A DNA stretch of 64,000 nucleotides from Patescibacteria group bacterium (GCA_038064495.1 JBBTSZ010000002.1:152934-216933), one strand, 5' to 3'. Positions 40,531 to 50,032 are shown, numbered from the stretch's first letter. Program-made: numbers and translations. The notes: generated by a model from the letters alone, not told the origin.

Positions 40531-41433
40531 ATGAATCTCTACCAAGAACGGTCTAAGAATGTCTGGAGAACTGCTTTTTTGATGGCGGGCTTCTTGGCCT
40601 TTGTGCTTGGTATTGGGTACGTGGTTGCGTGGTACTACCAGTCACCAGTCATTCTCTACGGTGCAATTGTGTTTGCAATTGGAATGAACTTCTATAGCTA
40701 CTGGTTTTCCGGTAACCAGGTGCTCTCTATGACGAATGCACGTCCTGCGAGTCGCGAAGAATTCTTTGACTTCTACACGGTTACGGAGAACCTCGCTATT
40801 ACAGCCGGTATGCCCGTGCCAAAGCTCTACGTAATAGAGGACCCGGCACCTAATGCGTTTGCAACGGGCAGGGATGAAAAGCACGCGGTAGTGTGCGCTA
40901 CGACGGGACTTCTCGCTATCATGACGCGCGCAGAGCTTGAAGGCGTCATTGCGCACGAACTTTCACACGTTAAAAACCGCGACATCCTCCTCATGACGGT
41001 GGCCGTAACGCTCGCGGGTTTTCTTGCCATCATTGCGGACATGTTTCTCCGCATGTCGTTTATGGGTGGGGGACGAGACAGCGACAGCAAAGGAAACGCA
41101 TTATTCATGGTCCTAGCGGTTATTGGCATCATTCTTGCTCCCATCGCAGCACAACTCATTCAGCTTGCTATATCGCGCAGACGCGAGTTTCTCGCAGACG
41201 CTTCAGGAGCACTTCTGACGCGCTATCCAGAAGGCCTTGCTTCAGCACTCCGAAAACTGGACCAACACAACATGCCAATGTTACAGACGAGTCACGCCAC
41301 GGCGCACCTCTTCATTGATGACCCGTTTGGCGAGCGTAAGAGCGACTGGTTGAATAGTATTTTCTCTACGCACCCGCCAACTGCAGACCGCATTAAGGCA
41401 CTTCTTGGTGTTCGTCCTCAAGCAGACGCGTAG
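40531..41433 (+). CDS. htpX: Zinc metalloprotease HtpX (M48)
   Basis: PNAFATG, HELSH, SR.RE.LAD, STHPP..RI. Confidence 0.94.
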   Translation: MNLYQERSKNVWRTAFLMAGFLAFVLGIGYVVAWYYQSPVILYGAIVFAIGMNFYSYWFSGNQVLSMTNARPASREEFFDFYTVTENLAITAGMPVPKLYVIEDPAPNAFATGRDEKHAVVCATTGLLAIMTRAELEGVIAHELSHVKNRDILLMTVAVTLAGFLAIIADMFLRMSFMGGGRDSDSKGNALFMVLAVIGIILAPIAAQLIQLAISRRREFLADASGALLTRYPEGLASALRKLDQHNMPMLQTSHATAHLFIDDPFGERKSDWLNSIFSTHPPTADRIKALLGVRPQADA

Positions 41434-41470
41434 TTTTGCGGAAGGGTTTCGTGCTATAACAGATCGACAC

Positions 41471-41555
41471 GGAGGCGTCGCATAGCGGTCTAGTGCGCAC
41501 GCTTGGAAAGCGTGTGTGGGGCAACCCACCGAGAGTTCGAATCTCTCCGCCTCCG
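41471..41555 (+). tRNA. tRNA-Ser(GGA)
   Basis: GGAGGCG/CGCCTCC acceptor; CACGC-TTGGAAA-GCGTG; long variable arm; TTCGAAT; CCA not encoded. Confidence 0.95.
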
Positions 41556-41742
41556 CAAAATGAGAAAATGACGCGCAAGCGTCTTTTTCTTTAATTTTGC
41601 GAGAGAAGCGGAGAGATTCGAACGCCGGAGCGGGTACCAGCTCAGCAGAGCTGGTCGCGAGGCGGTGGCTAGACCAAAGATGAGCGACGGCGAATCTTTG
41701 AGTTGAAGCCGAAAGCGTACTCGCGTTCTCTCCGCCTCCGCA
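41556..41742 (+). repeat. tRNA-trailer element (Ser): hairpin, antisense tRNA 3' end, shared 19-mer, sense tRNA 3' end
   Basis: Antisense GCGGAGAGATTCGAAC 41608-41623; CCGAAAGCGTACTCGCGTT 41709-41727; 16-bp repeat 41727-41742 equals 41542-41557. Confidence 0.8.
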
Positions 41743-41766
41743 CTCAAATGCAGTATCATATACCGC

Positions 41767-42246
41767 ATGAAGCAGCAGATTCTAAAGAGCGTACTCTTAC
41801 TACTCGTGTGTCTGTCCGTACTCGGTATCCTCATCCTGATAGGGAATAGCGTGCTGTCCTATAGAGGTGGCGTAAAGGACATTGCGTCGGTTATTGATGG
41901 ATTTCAGTACGAAATAGCTAAAACCGATAGTGAAAAAGAACGAGGTCTCAGTGGTCGTCCCTATATACAAGATAACTACGGCATGCTGTTTGTATTTGAT
42001 ACCCCGGGCAACTACGGATTCTGGATGAAGGACATGCTGGTTTCTATAGATATTATTTGGTTATCGGACAACGGAACGATTCTTGGCATCAATCCATCCG
42101 TTACTCCGGCTACGTATCCGAACGTCTTTTACCCGCCGTCACCCGTTCGGTATGTGCTTGAGACACGAACGGACTATGCGCACGACGCCGGATGGGTTGT
42201 TGGCTCTCGCGTCACATTACCTCCGCAGTACGCGCGAACACCGTAA
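41767..42246 (+). CDS. DUF192 family protein
   Basis: RGLS.R...GMLFVF...FWMKDM...DIIW, YVLE. Confidence 0.88.
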   Translation: MKQQILKSVLLLLVCLSVLGILILIGNSVLSYRGGVKDIASVIDGFQYEIAKTDSEKERGLSGRPYIQDNYGMLFVFDTPGNYGFWMKDMLVSIDIIWLSDNGTILGINPSVTPATYPNVFYPPSPVRYVLETRTDYAHDAGWVVGSRVTLPPQYARTP

Positions 42247-42281
42247 CGAGACAAAATTGTTTTCTATAGTATAATTACTCC

Positions 42282-42708
42282 GGACTGGCCCAGACGATCG
42301 CTCGGGTGAAAACCCGGGAGGAAAGTCCGAACACAGGCAGATTTCACAATTTGCAGAAAGGTAGCGGGTAACGCCCGTCCGCCGTAAGGCGCGAGGTGCG
42401 AACAGTGACGGTTCAGGGCGAAAGACCTGAACCGTCTGATCTAGCCGAAAGGACAGGTCAGACGAGCTCCTATGGTGACATAGGAGGTGAAACGGCTAAA
42501 TCCTTACCCCTGTGCAAGGCCGTGCCACCACACCAACTTCTTTGTTAGTTATTTGCTTACTAGACATACAGTAAGTTGATTTCTAGTGAGAAAGTTGGTG
42601 TGGTGGAGAGCCGCTCGAGGCCATCGGTAACGATGGTCCCAGATAGATGGTCGTCCGCCTCAAAAGCTCGCTTTTGAGGCGACAGAATTCGGCTTATCGG
42701 ACCAGTCC
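42282..42708 (+). ncRNA. rnpB: RNase P RNA
   Basis: GAGGAAAGTCC and ACAGAATTCGGCTTA conserved regions; GGACTGG/CCAGTCC P1. Confidence 0.95.
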
Positions 42709-42716
42709 AATTACAT

Positions 42717-42747
42717 GCAAAAACCCGCCTTTTCGGCGGGTTTTTGC
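42717..42747 (+). terminator. rnpB terminator
   Basis: GCAAAAACCCGCC-TTTTC-GGCGGGTTTTTGC. Confidence 0.8.
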
Positions 42748-42861
42748 CATTTCTACTGTCCCCACCGATTCTGCTACTCATTGCTATTTTCGCCCGTATA
42801 CTTAAAGGGCATTATTAGCGTGCTTAGGGTTAATCCCGTGATTACGGAGTAACAAAACAAT

Positions 42862-45324
42862 ATGCAAGATACAGAAACCCCTGTATCAACGACAGCGTCT
42901 AACCCTCGACGTTTCTCGTTTGATACAGCAGCGATATGGACTTTGATCGCCAGTGGCGCTCTTTCCACCATCGCATTTATTCCTTCACAAGCCGTTCCGT
43001 TCATCTATACGAAGATTTCAATCCTCGCTATTGGTGGACTCATCGCACTTGTGTTTTTTATTCTTGCGCGTCTGCGCAGGGGTAACGTCATTGTTCCACC
43101 ACTTCCGCTTCTTGGAGCATTGTGGTTGGTACCACTTGCGTACGCACTCTCAGCACTTTTCTCTGGAGTGAATCCGCAGGCCGCGTTCTTTGGCACTGAT
43201 CTCGAATCCGATACCCTCGGATTCGTCATCTTGCTATCGGCAATGGCAACACTGACCGCACTCGCATTCCGTCGTGGACCGCACTACCGTGCGTTCTTCA
43301 AGTGGGGTGCGATTACGCTCGGTGTCGTGCTCGTCGCCCAGTTGGGCTTCATCGTGGTTGGTAAAATCGCGCCGAAGCTTGTAACACCAACCGTTAACCT
43401 TGTCGGTACGTTTGGTGATATGGGTATGCTCGTTGGTCTTGGTCTAACATTAACCATGCTTGCACTACGCTTCCTTACGATTACCGGACGACCTCGTCTG
43501 GCGCTCTATATAGGGGGTGGCATTGCGCTCGCACTTCTCGCCGTGGTGAACTCTCAGATTGTGTGGGGCATGGTAGCGCTCGTTGCACTTGGTCTCTTTA
43601 TTGAGGCGATTATGCGCAAGCGTCCAACGGACGACGATGCTGAGTTTGATGGCGTGTCTATGGTTTCCGGTGAGCGTGATATGGATGCACCTGAGCCAGA
43701 TGGTTCAGCGCTTGGTGCACCACTCGTTACGCTTCTCATTGCGTTGTTCTTCCTTATTGGAGGTTCAACCATTGGGAATGCGCTCGTGACCGCACTGAAC
43801 GCGAGTGTGATTGATGTCCGACCATCGTGGCAGTCCACGTTTGATGTTGGAAGCCATACGTACGCATCTTCGCCAATTTTTGGTTCCGGACCAAACACGT
43901 TCGGTGCACAGTGGCTTAAGTTCCGTGACCGCTCACTCAACGACACCATCTTCTGGAACGTTGACTTCAATTCAGGTATTGGATTTATCCCAACCTCGTT
44001 TGTAACGACCGGAGTCGTTGGCGTGCTCGCCTGGCTCGCATTCCTCGGACTCTTCCTGTTCTTCGGTATCCGTGCACTTCTGTTCCGCACGCCAAGTGAT
44101 CCATTCATGCGATTTGTTTCGCTCGCATCTTTTACGGGTGTGCTGTATGTCTTCGTGTTGTCGGTACTCACCGTTCCGGGTCCGATTGTGCTGATGACGG
44201 GTTTTCTGATGCTTGGTATCTTCATTTCATCACTTCGCTACGGACGTGAGCGCAGGGAGTGGGGAGTTATCTTCGCCAAGAGTCCACGTGTTGGATTCGT
44301 GATTGTGTTCGGCCTCACACTCCTGCTCCTCGCTTCCGTTGTGGCAGCGTATGTGGTGGTGGAGCGCTACCTGGGTGACCTTGCGTACGCGCAAGCAACC
44401 TCAGCGTATGCAGCAAATGACCTTGGTGCAGCGACGAACGCGGTAAACCGTTCAATACTGTTTGCACCGAGCGAGCGTGCCTACCAGCTTGCCGCTGCTA
44501 TCGGTATTGGTCGTATGCGACAAATTGTCGCCGACACGACGCTTACACCAGCAAATGCTCAGCAACAGTTCCAAGCAGCACTCACCGGTGGTATCCAAGC
44601 AGGAGCAACGGCAACCCGTCTCTGGCCAAACAACTACCAAAACTGGGTAATGCTCGGCAACGTGTATGAGACGGTGGTACCACTCAACATCTCTGGTGCC
44701 TACGAAAATGCAAAAGCTGCATTTGAGCAGGCTCAGAAGTTGTCACCAACCAACCCAACCTTACCGTTCATTCTTGCTCAGCTTGAGATAGCAAAGGGTA
44801 ATGGTCCTGCTGCTGAAGCTGCTCTCGTTAGTGCCATCACCTTGAAGCATGACTACACGCAGGCCATCTTCCTTCTTTCTCAACTACAGGCTCAGCAAGG
44901 AAAGGCTAAAGAAGCGCTTGCTGCTGCTGAAGCTGCTGCTTACTTTGCACCGAACGACCCTACGATACTCTTCCAAGTAGGTATCCTTCGCTCTGCAAAC
45001 GGCAACACGGATGGCGCTATTGAGGCTTTGTCACGAGCGGTGCAAGTAAATCCACAGTACGCAAATGCGCACTACTTCCTCGGCGTAATGTACGCCTTGA
45101 AGGGTCAACTTGATAAGTCGCTCGCTGAATTGAACACCGTTGCTGGCTTCTCTGATGACAACGCCAAAGCAGTTGCCGCGGATGTTGCTACACTCACGGC
45201 AGGTAAGAATCCATTCCCACCATCCCGTCTTGGTGCGCTTGGTATTCCACAGCCAACCGTAGCAGAACCAGCTCCGAAAAAGGCTGAAGCTACGCCTCCT
45301 CCAGCAGGAACGACGACGCAGTAA
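42862..45324 (+). CDS. Multi-TM O-antigen-ligase-like protein with C-terminal TPR repeats
   Basis: Many TM helices, P.FGSGPNTF loop, TPR-like helices with NPQYANAHY.LG. Confidence 0.75.
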   Translation: MQDTETPVSTTASNPRRFSFDTAAIWTLIASGALSTIAFIPSQAVPFIYTKISILAIGGLIALVFFILARLRRGNVIVPPLPLLGALWLVPLAYALSALFSGVNPQAAFFGTDLESDTLGFVILLSAMATLTALAFRRGPHYRAFFKWGAITLGVVLVAQLGFIVVGKIAPKLVTPTVNLVGTFGDMGMLVGLGLTLTMLALRFLTITGRPRLALYIGGGIALALLAVVNSQIVWGMVALVALGLFIEAIMRKRPTDDDAEFDGVSMVSGERDMDAPEPDGSALGAPLVTLLIALFFLIGGSTIGNALVTALNASVIDVRPSWQSTFDVGSHTYASSPIFGSGPNTFGAQWLKFRDRSLNDTIFWNVDFNSGIGFIPTSFVTTGVVGVLAWLAFLGLFLFFGIRALLFRTPSDPFMRFVSLASFTGVLYVFVLSVLTVPGPIVLMTGFLMLGIFISSLRYGRERREWGVIFAKSPRVGFVIVFGLTLLLLASVVAAYVVVERYLGDLAYAQATSAYAANDLGAATNAVNRSILFAPSERAYQLAAAIGIGRMRQIVADTTLTPANAQQQFQAALTGGIQAGATATRLWPNNYQNWVMLGNVYETVVPLNISGAYENAKAAFEQAQKLSPTNPTLPFILAQLEIAKGNGPAAEAALVSAITLKHDYTQAIFLLSQLQAQQGKAKEALAAAEAAAYFAPNDPTILFQVGILRSANGNTDGAIEALSRAVQVNPQYANAHYFLGVMYALKGQLDKSLAELNTVAGFSDDNAKAVAADVATLTAGKNPFPPSRLGALGIPQPTVAEPAPKKAEATPPPAGTTTQ

Positions 45325-45330
45325 TAGACA

Positions 45331-47010
45331 ATGGTTCGCAGGATTCTAAAATCCTTATCAGCACCAGTACGCGGCCTTCATCAGGCCGCGTACTTGCTTG
45401 CAGCACTTACGCTCGCGTCGCAGGTGCTCGCGCTCTTGCGGGACCGACTCTTCGCGCATCAGTTTGGAGCAAGTAGTACGCTCGACTTGTACTACGCGGC
45501 GTTCAAAATCCCGGACGTAGTGTTCGCACTGGTAGCATCCCTCGTCTCTGCGTACGTACTGATTCCTCGGATTGCGAAAGCGGATACGGCGCATGCACGA
45601 AAACTGATTTCAGAGTGCGCCTCCTTCTTGATTATTGCAGGAGGCATCATCTGTGTGGTCATCGCCATCTTCGCTCCAGAGCTACTTCATCTGTTGTTCC
45701 CGACACTCTCAATGGGTAGTCATGAAGCTGACTTTGTTCTGCTGACGCGATTACTCTTGATTCAACCGATTCTACTCGGACTCTCAGGCATATTGACGAG
45801 TGTCACCCAGATTCATCGACGCTTCGTGCTGTTCGCGCTTTCACCGGTCTTGTACAACGTCGGTATTATCGCGGGAACGGTCTTCCTCTATCCACGGTAC
45901 GGCATTCCCGGTATTGGCATCGGTGTGGTGCTCGGAGCGATTGCGCACCTAGCTATCCATATTCCGATTGTGGTAGACGCTGGACTGTTTCCACGTCCGA
46001 GTGTACCGACGCCGAAGCTGATGTGGTCCGTGATTAAGGACTCCGTACCGCGCTCACTCGCGCTCGGGATGAGCTCCGTGATTACGCTCTTGCTCATCTC
46101 ACTTGCCTCAAGGGTGTCAGAAGGTTCAGTCGCGGTGTACACGCTTGCGAGTAATCTGGAAGCCGTACCCCTCTCCTTGATAGGAGCGTCGTACGCAACC
46201 GCGGCGTTCCCCGTGATGACGCAAATGATGAGCGAGAATCGGCTTGAGGCTTACAAGACAACGCTTACCGCTGCTGCTCGTCACATCATCTTCTGGTCGG
46301 CAGTTATCACGGTGCTCACGATTGTGCTACGAGCGTACATTGTTCGCGTGATTTACGGTACCGGCGCGTTTGATTGGAACGACACGCGTCTGACGGCTGC
46401 GGTACTCGCCATCCTTGTTGTCGGTCTGATGGCACAGGGACTCATCCTGCTCTCAGCCCGTGCCTTCTATGCGGCACAGCGTTCTTGGAATCCACTTCTG
46501 GTGCAGCTTGCTGATTGTGGTATCTCAGTGCTCGCGGCCTGGGGCATGCTGAACCTCGCTACAAACGTTCCGATGGTGCGGTACTTCGTGGAATCGCTCT
46601 TTCGTGTTGGGGACGTGCCGGGCACGAGTGTACTCTTTATCGCGCTTGGCGCGACGGTAGGGCAGGTGATTATGGGTACGGTTGCGCTCGGTACGCTTCG
46701 CACCGTAGCGAAGGGAGTCGCAGAGTCCCTCACTCGGCCAATGTTTGAAGGATTTGGAGCAGCCATTCTTGGCGGAGCTGCCAGCTATGGTGTCCTTTCC
46801 TTCATGGGAACACTCGCACCACTCACCACGCTCCCTTCGGTCTTTCTTGAAGGAGCAGTTGCTGGTATGGTGGGGCTAGCGGTGGCTGGTTGTGTGCTGT
46901 CACTTCTTGAAAATCAAGAGTTTCGGGATCTCTCAGAGTCACTCAGACGGCTCACCACTAAGGCGCTTTCGCCACATGGAGCTATCAACGACCACGCAGA
47001 CATCTCCTAG
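45331..47010 (+). CDS. murJ: Lipid II flippase MurJ/MviN
   Basis: LA.LRD..A..FG...D.Y..AF.IPD, P.LYN..II, RAFYA. Confidence 0.88.
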   Translation: MVRRILKSLSAPVRGLHQAAYLLAALTLASQVLALLRDRLFAHQFGASSTLDLYYAAFKIPDVVFALVASLVSAYVLIPRIAKADTAHARKLISECASFLIIAGGIICVVIAIFAPELLHLLFPTLSMGSHEADFVLLTRLLLIQPILLGLSGILTSVTQIHRRFVLFALSPVLYNVGIIAGTVFLYPRYGIPGIGIGVVLGAIAHLAIHIPIVVDAGLFPRPSVPTPKLMWSVIKDSVPRSLALGMSSVITLLLISLASRVSEGSVAVYTLASNLEAVPLSLIGASYATAAFPVMTQMMSENRLEAYKTTLTAAARHIIFWSAVITVLTIVLRAYIVRVIYGTGAFDWNDTRLTAAVLAILVVGLMAQGLILLSARAFYAAQRSWNPLLVQLADCGISVLAAWGMLNLATNVPMVRYFVESLFRVGDVPGTSVLFIALGATVGQVIMGTVALGTLRTVAKGVAESLTRPMFEGFGAAILGGAASYGVLSFMGTLAPLTTLPSVFLEGAVAGMVGLAVAGCVLSLLENQEFRDLSESLRRLTTKALSPHGAINDHADIS

Positions 47011-47136
47011 ACAAGCCTGTTAAAACCACTCATCTGCGTTGTTACTCGCTTCGCTTAAAGCCTCACTGTACTATGAGTACACCTCAGCTTATCGCTCGCG
47101 AGCTCCTGTCATATGAGGCTTTTAACAGGCTTGGTC
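47008..47136 (+). repeat. Stop-codon-anchored palindromic element, copy D (after murJ)
   Basis: Starts TAGAC at murJ stop; CAAGCCTGTTAAAA/TTTTAACAGGCTTG perfect stem; conserved core. Confidence 0.88.
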
Positions 47137-47197
47137 CAAGTTACTTGCCATAAGTACTCCTTGTGGCAAGTATAGTTGGACTGACCAACGTTGTGTT

Positions 47198-48985
47198 ATG
47201 CATATCAGAAATTTCTCAATCATCGCTCACATTGATCACGGTAAGTCCACGTTGGCTGACCGTATGCTTGAGCGTACCGGTACGATTGAAGCTCGAAAGA
47301 TGCGTGATCAGGTGTTGGACAAAATGGATTTGGAACGTGAGCGCGGTATTACCATTAAAATGCAGCCGGCGCGGATGAAATATAAAGCGAATGATGGAAC
47401 CGACTACATTCTGAACCTCATTGATACTCCCGGACATATTGATTTCGCCTACGAGGTCTCGCGTGCATTGTCTGCAGTTGAAGGCGTGATTCTCTTGGTT
47501 GATTCCACGCAGGGCATTCAGGCGCAAACACTCACTACGCTCGGCATGGCGCGGAAAGCCGACTGCGTCATCATCCCCGTTATCTCAAAGATTGACTCAC
47601 CATACGCACGCTCTGAGGAAGTGAAGCTTGAACTTGCGGAGCTTCTTTCGGTTGAACCCGACACCATTCTTGCAGTGTCAGGTCGCACCGGAGACGGCGT
47701 TATCGAACTTCTTGAAGCAATCATTGAACGCGTGCCGGCGCCTCGAGAAGGGAGTGGAGAAGCACGCGCGCTTATTTTTGATTTCTCCTATTCAACACAC
47801 CGCGGTGTGGCCGTCTACGCGCGTGTGTTTGACGGAGCGGTTAAGAAAACCGATTTACTCCGATTTGGCGCAGCCGGTAAAAGATTCGCTGCCCTTGAAA
47901 CCGGTATCTTTATGCCGGACGAGCTTCCGACGGAAAAGCTTGAGGCGGGTGAGATTGGCTACATTGTGACCGGCATTAAGGAGGCGGGAGTGGTTGCCGT
48001 AGGAGACACTATCATGGCTGATAAGCCTGGTGTGATGCCCCTTTCCGGCTTTGAGCGCCCCCGTCCGGTGGTATGGGCCTCGGTGTATCCAGAAAGCCAG
48101 GACGACCTCGCAGACCTTCGCCAGTCACTTGAACGCCTCAGACTTTCCGACTCCTCGCTCTCCTTTGAAGAAGAATCATCCGGCGTACTTGGTCGGGGGT
48201 TCCGTTGTGGGTTCCTCGGTATGCTCCATCTTGAGATTATTACGGAGCGTTTGAAGCGAGAATTTAACCTCACGCTTATCGTCACTATTCCGACGATTGC
48301 ATACGTGGTCACGGATTCAAAAGGGAAGCGGGAAACCATTTACACCGCATCCAAGTTTCCTGCGTTCGGCGACATTCAGACGATTGAAGAGCCGTGGGTG
48401 AATGTCGTACTCATCACACCTCCTGAATCACTTTCCGGGCTTTTGCAGGCATTTCACGACCACGAAGGTGCGGTGAAAGATACTGAGACCCACTTGGACG
48501 GGCGTATTGAACTTGCCGCTGAGATGCCGCTTCGTGAACTCATGCGTGGCTTCTTTGATAAAGTAAAAAATATCTCGTCCGGCTACGCTTCACTTTCTTA
48601 CGAATTTCTGGATGAGCGAGTTGCGGATGTGGTGAAGCTTGAAATCTTTGTAGCAGAAGAACCGGTTCCAGCTTTTGCGCGTGTGGTAGCACGCAGACGT
48701 GTGGTGGAAGAGGGTGAACGTATGGTGGAGAAACTCCATGATATTCTTCCGCGCCAACAGTTTGTGCTTAAAATCCAAGCTCACGCACTCGGGCGCATCG
48801 TGTCGTCACGCTCCATTTCAGCCGTACGCAAAGACGTAACAGGCTATCTCTACGGAGGCGACATCACCCGAAAAATGAAACTCCTTGAAAAACAAAAGAA
48901 GGGAAAGAAGCGTCGTGGGGTGCATGCAAAGATGGAGATACCGCAGGAAGTTTTTATGAAAATGGTCCAAGATAGCGAACGATAA
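47198..48985 (+). CDS. lepA: Elongation factor 4
   Basis: IRNFSIIAHIDHGKSTLADR, GFRCGFLGMLH, YGGDITRK.KLL. Confidence 0.97.
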   Translation: MHIRNFSIIAHIDHGKSTLADRMLERTGTIEARKMRDQVLDKMDLERERGITIKMQPARMKYKANDGTDYILNLIDTPGHIDFAYEVSRALSAVEGVILLVDSTQGIQAQTLTTLGMARKADCVIIPVISKIDSPYARSEEVKLELAELLSVEPDTILAVSGRTGDGVIELLEAIIERVPAPREGSGEARALIFDFSYSTHRGVAVYARVFDGAVKKTDLLRFGAAGKRFAALETGIFMPDELPTEKLEAGEIGYIVTGIKEAGVVAVGDTIMADKPGVMPLSGFERPRPVVWASVYPESQDDLADLRQSLERLRLSDSSLSFEEESSGVLGRGFRCGFLGMLHLEIITERLKREFNLTLIVTIPTIAYVVTDSKGKRETIYTASKFPAFGDIQTIEEPWVNVVLITPPESLSGLLQAFHDHEGAVKDTETHLDGRIELAAEMPLRELMRGFFDKVKNISSGYASLSYEFLDERVADVVKLEIFVAEEPVPAFARVVARRRVVEEGERMVEKLHDILPRQQFVLKIQAHALGRIVSSRSISAVRKDVTGYLYGGDITRKMKLLEKQKKGKKRRGVHAKMEIPQEVFMKMVQDSER

Positions 48986-49098
48986 AAGAACTCCTTCTAC
49001 GTTGTTGTGGGCCCCGCTTGGCTCATCCGCCGTACTATGAGTACGTCTACTTCACCAAACTGCCCACGCCTAGTATCTGGAATCCTTTTATCGTTCGC
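48975..49098 (+). repeat. Stop-codon-anchored palindromic element, copy E (overlaps lepA 3' end)
   Basis: Perfect 14-bp GCGAACGATAAAAG/CTTTTATCGTTCGC; GTACTATGAGTAC apex; CGCCTAGTATCTG. Confidence 0.8.
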
Positions 49099-49122
49099 CG
49101 AGTGCGTTGGTATACTGAAGGC

Positions 49123-49479
49123 ATGCCACGCCGTATCAGTAGTAAGCGCGTCTCTGAATACGTCATTGCGGGACTCCTCGCACTCCTCGTTCTGTGGCTT
49201 TCCTGGCTTCTCTTTGGCATTGCACGGAAGGAAGAGATAGCGCGCCGCGCGGTTGCTGATACGAAAAGTGACTTGGCCTCACTTGAAGAGCGAAAAAACG
49301 TGCTGGAACAGAATATTAATGAGCTCAAGACTCCCCGAGGGGAGGAGGCAACACTCCGGCAGACCTTTGGAGTGGCAAAACCCGGTGAAAGCGTGATTAT
49401 TGTGGTGCCTCCGAAAGAAGCCACAAGTACGCCAATACTCCCATGGTGGCGTAAGGTTCTTGGTAGATTTGGTCTGTAA
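49123..49479 (+). CDS. Septum formation initiator (FtsB/DivIC-like)
   Basis: TM helix, coiled coil, E...RQ.FG..KPGE.V. Confidence 0.75.
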   Translation: MPRRISSKRVSEYVIAGLLALLVLWLSWLLFGIARKEEIARRAVADTKSDLASLEERKNVLEQNINELKTPRGEEATLRQTFGVAKPGESVIIVVPPKEATSTPILPWWRKVLGRFGL

Positions 49480-49528
49480 CGTTATCCACAATGCCTTGTG
49501 CTATACTCTCGAAACATAATTTACGTAT

Positions 49529-49798
49529 ATGGAACAGAAGCCCGTCACAATTTACACCACCCCAACCTGTCATTTTTGCCAGATGAGCAAGGAATTCTTC
49601 AAGGCAAATAATGTTGCCTACACCGAGTACAACGTTGCTGCCGACGCTGAGAAGCGCGCTGAGATGATTGAAAAGAGTGGTCAGCGCGGTGTACCGGTCA
49701 TCTACATTGGAGACGAGATGGTCATCGGTTTTGATAAAAAGCGTTTTGATGAACTGCTTGGTCTTGGAAGTGCACCCACTGCAACCGAAGTAGCATAG
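49529..49798 (+). CDS. Glutaredoxin/NrdH-like redoxin
   Basis: YTTPTCHFC, SGQRGVPV, GFD. Confidence 0.9.
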   Translation: MEQKPVTIYTTPTCHFCQMSKEFFKANNVAYTEYNVAADAEKRAEMIEKSGQRGVPVIYIGDEMVIGFDKKRFDELLGLGSAPTATEVA

Positions 49799-49809
49799 CG
49801 AACGATGAA

Positions 49810-49844
49810 ACAAAACCCGCAAGCTTTCCGCTTGCGGGTTTTGT
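49810..49844 (+). terminator. Intrinsic terminator
   Basis: ACAAAACCCGCAAGC-TTTCC-GCTTGCGGGTTTTGT. Confidence 0.75.
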
Positions 49845-49957
49845 GCTAGTTTGTCTGTACGCCCTTGTAAGCAGCTCCATAGGAACGGACTGCTTGCGAG
49901 TTCCGCGTTTGGCGCAAAAGGATAGCATGTGTACATACCATCCTTTTGACCTCATTT

Positions 49958-50032
49958 GTCCTCGTAGTTCAATGGATAGAACAAGGGTTTCCTAAACCCT
50001 AGATCCACGTTCGACTCGTGGCGAGGACACCA
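49958..50032 (+). tRNA. tRNA-Arg(CCT)
   Basis: GTCCTCG/CGAGGAC acceptor; AGGGT-TTCCTAA-ACCCT; CCA encoded. Confidence 0.95.

Noticed and set aside
41542-41742. tRNA 3'-end direct repeats as attL/attR of a prophage or genomic island
   Set aside because: Enclosed segments are under 200 bp, have no integrase and include an inverted tRNA copy; reported instead as a distinct trailer element
41281-41834. Short ORFs over tRNA loci and repeats (also 17068-17427, 39519-39761, 49018-49122, 58661-58986)
   Set aside because: Explained by structured non-coding sequence; no coding signals
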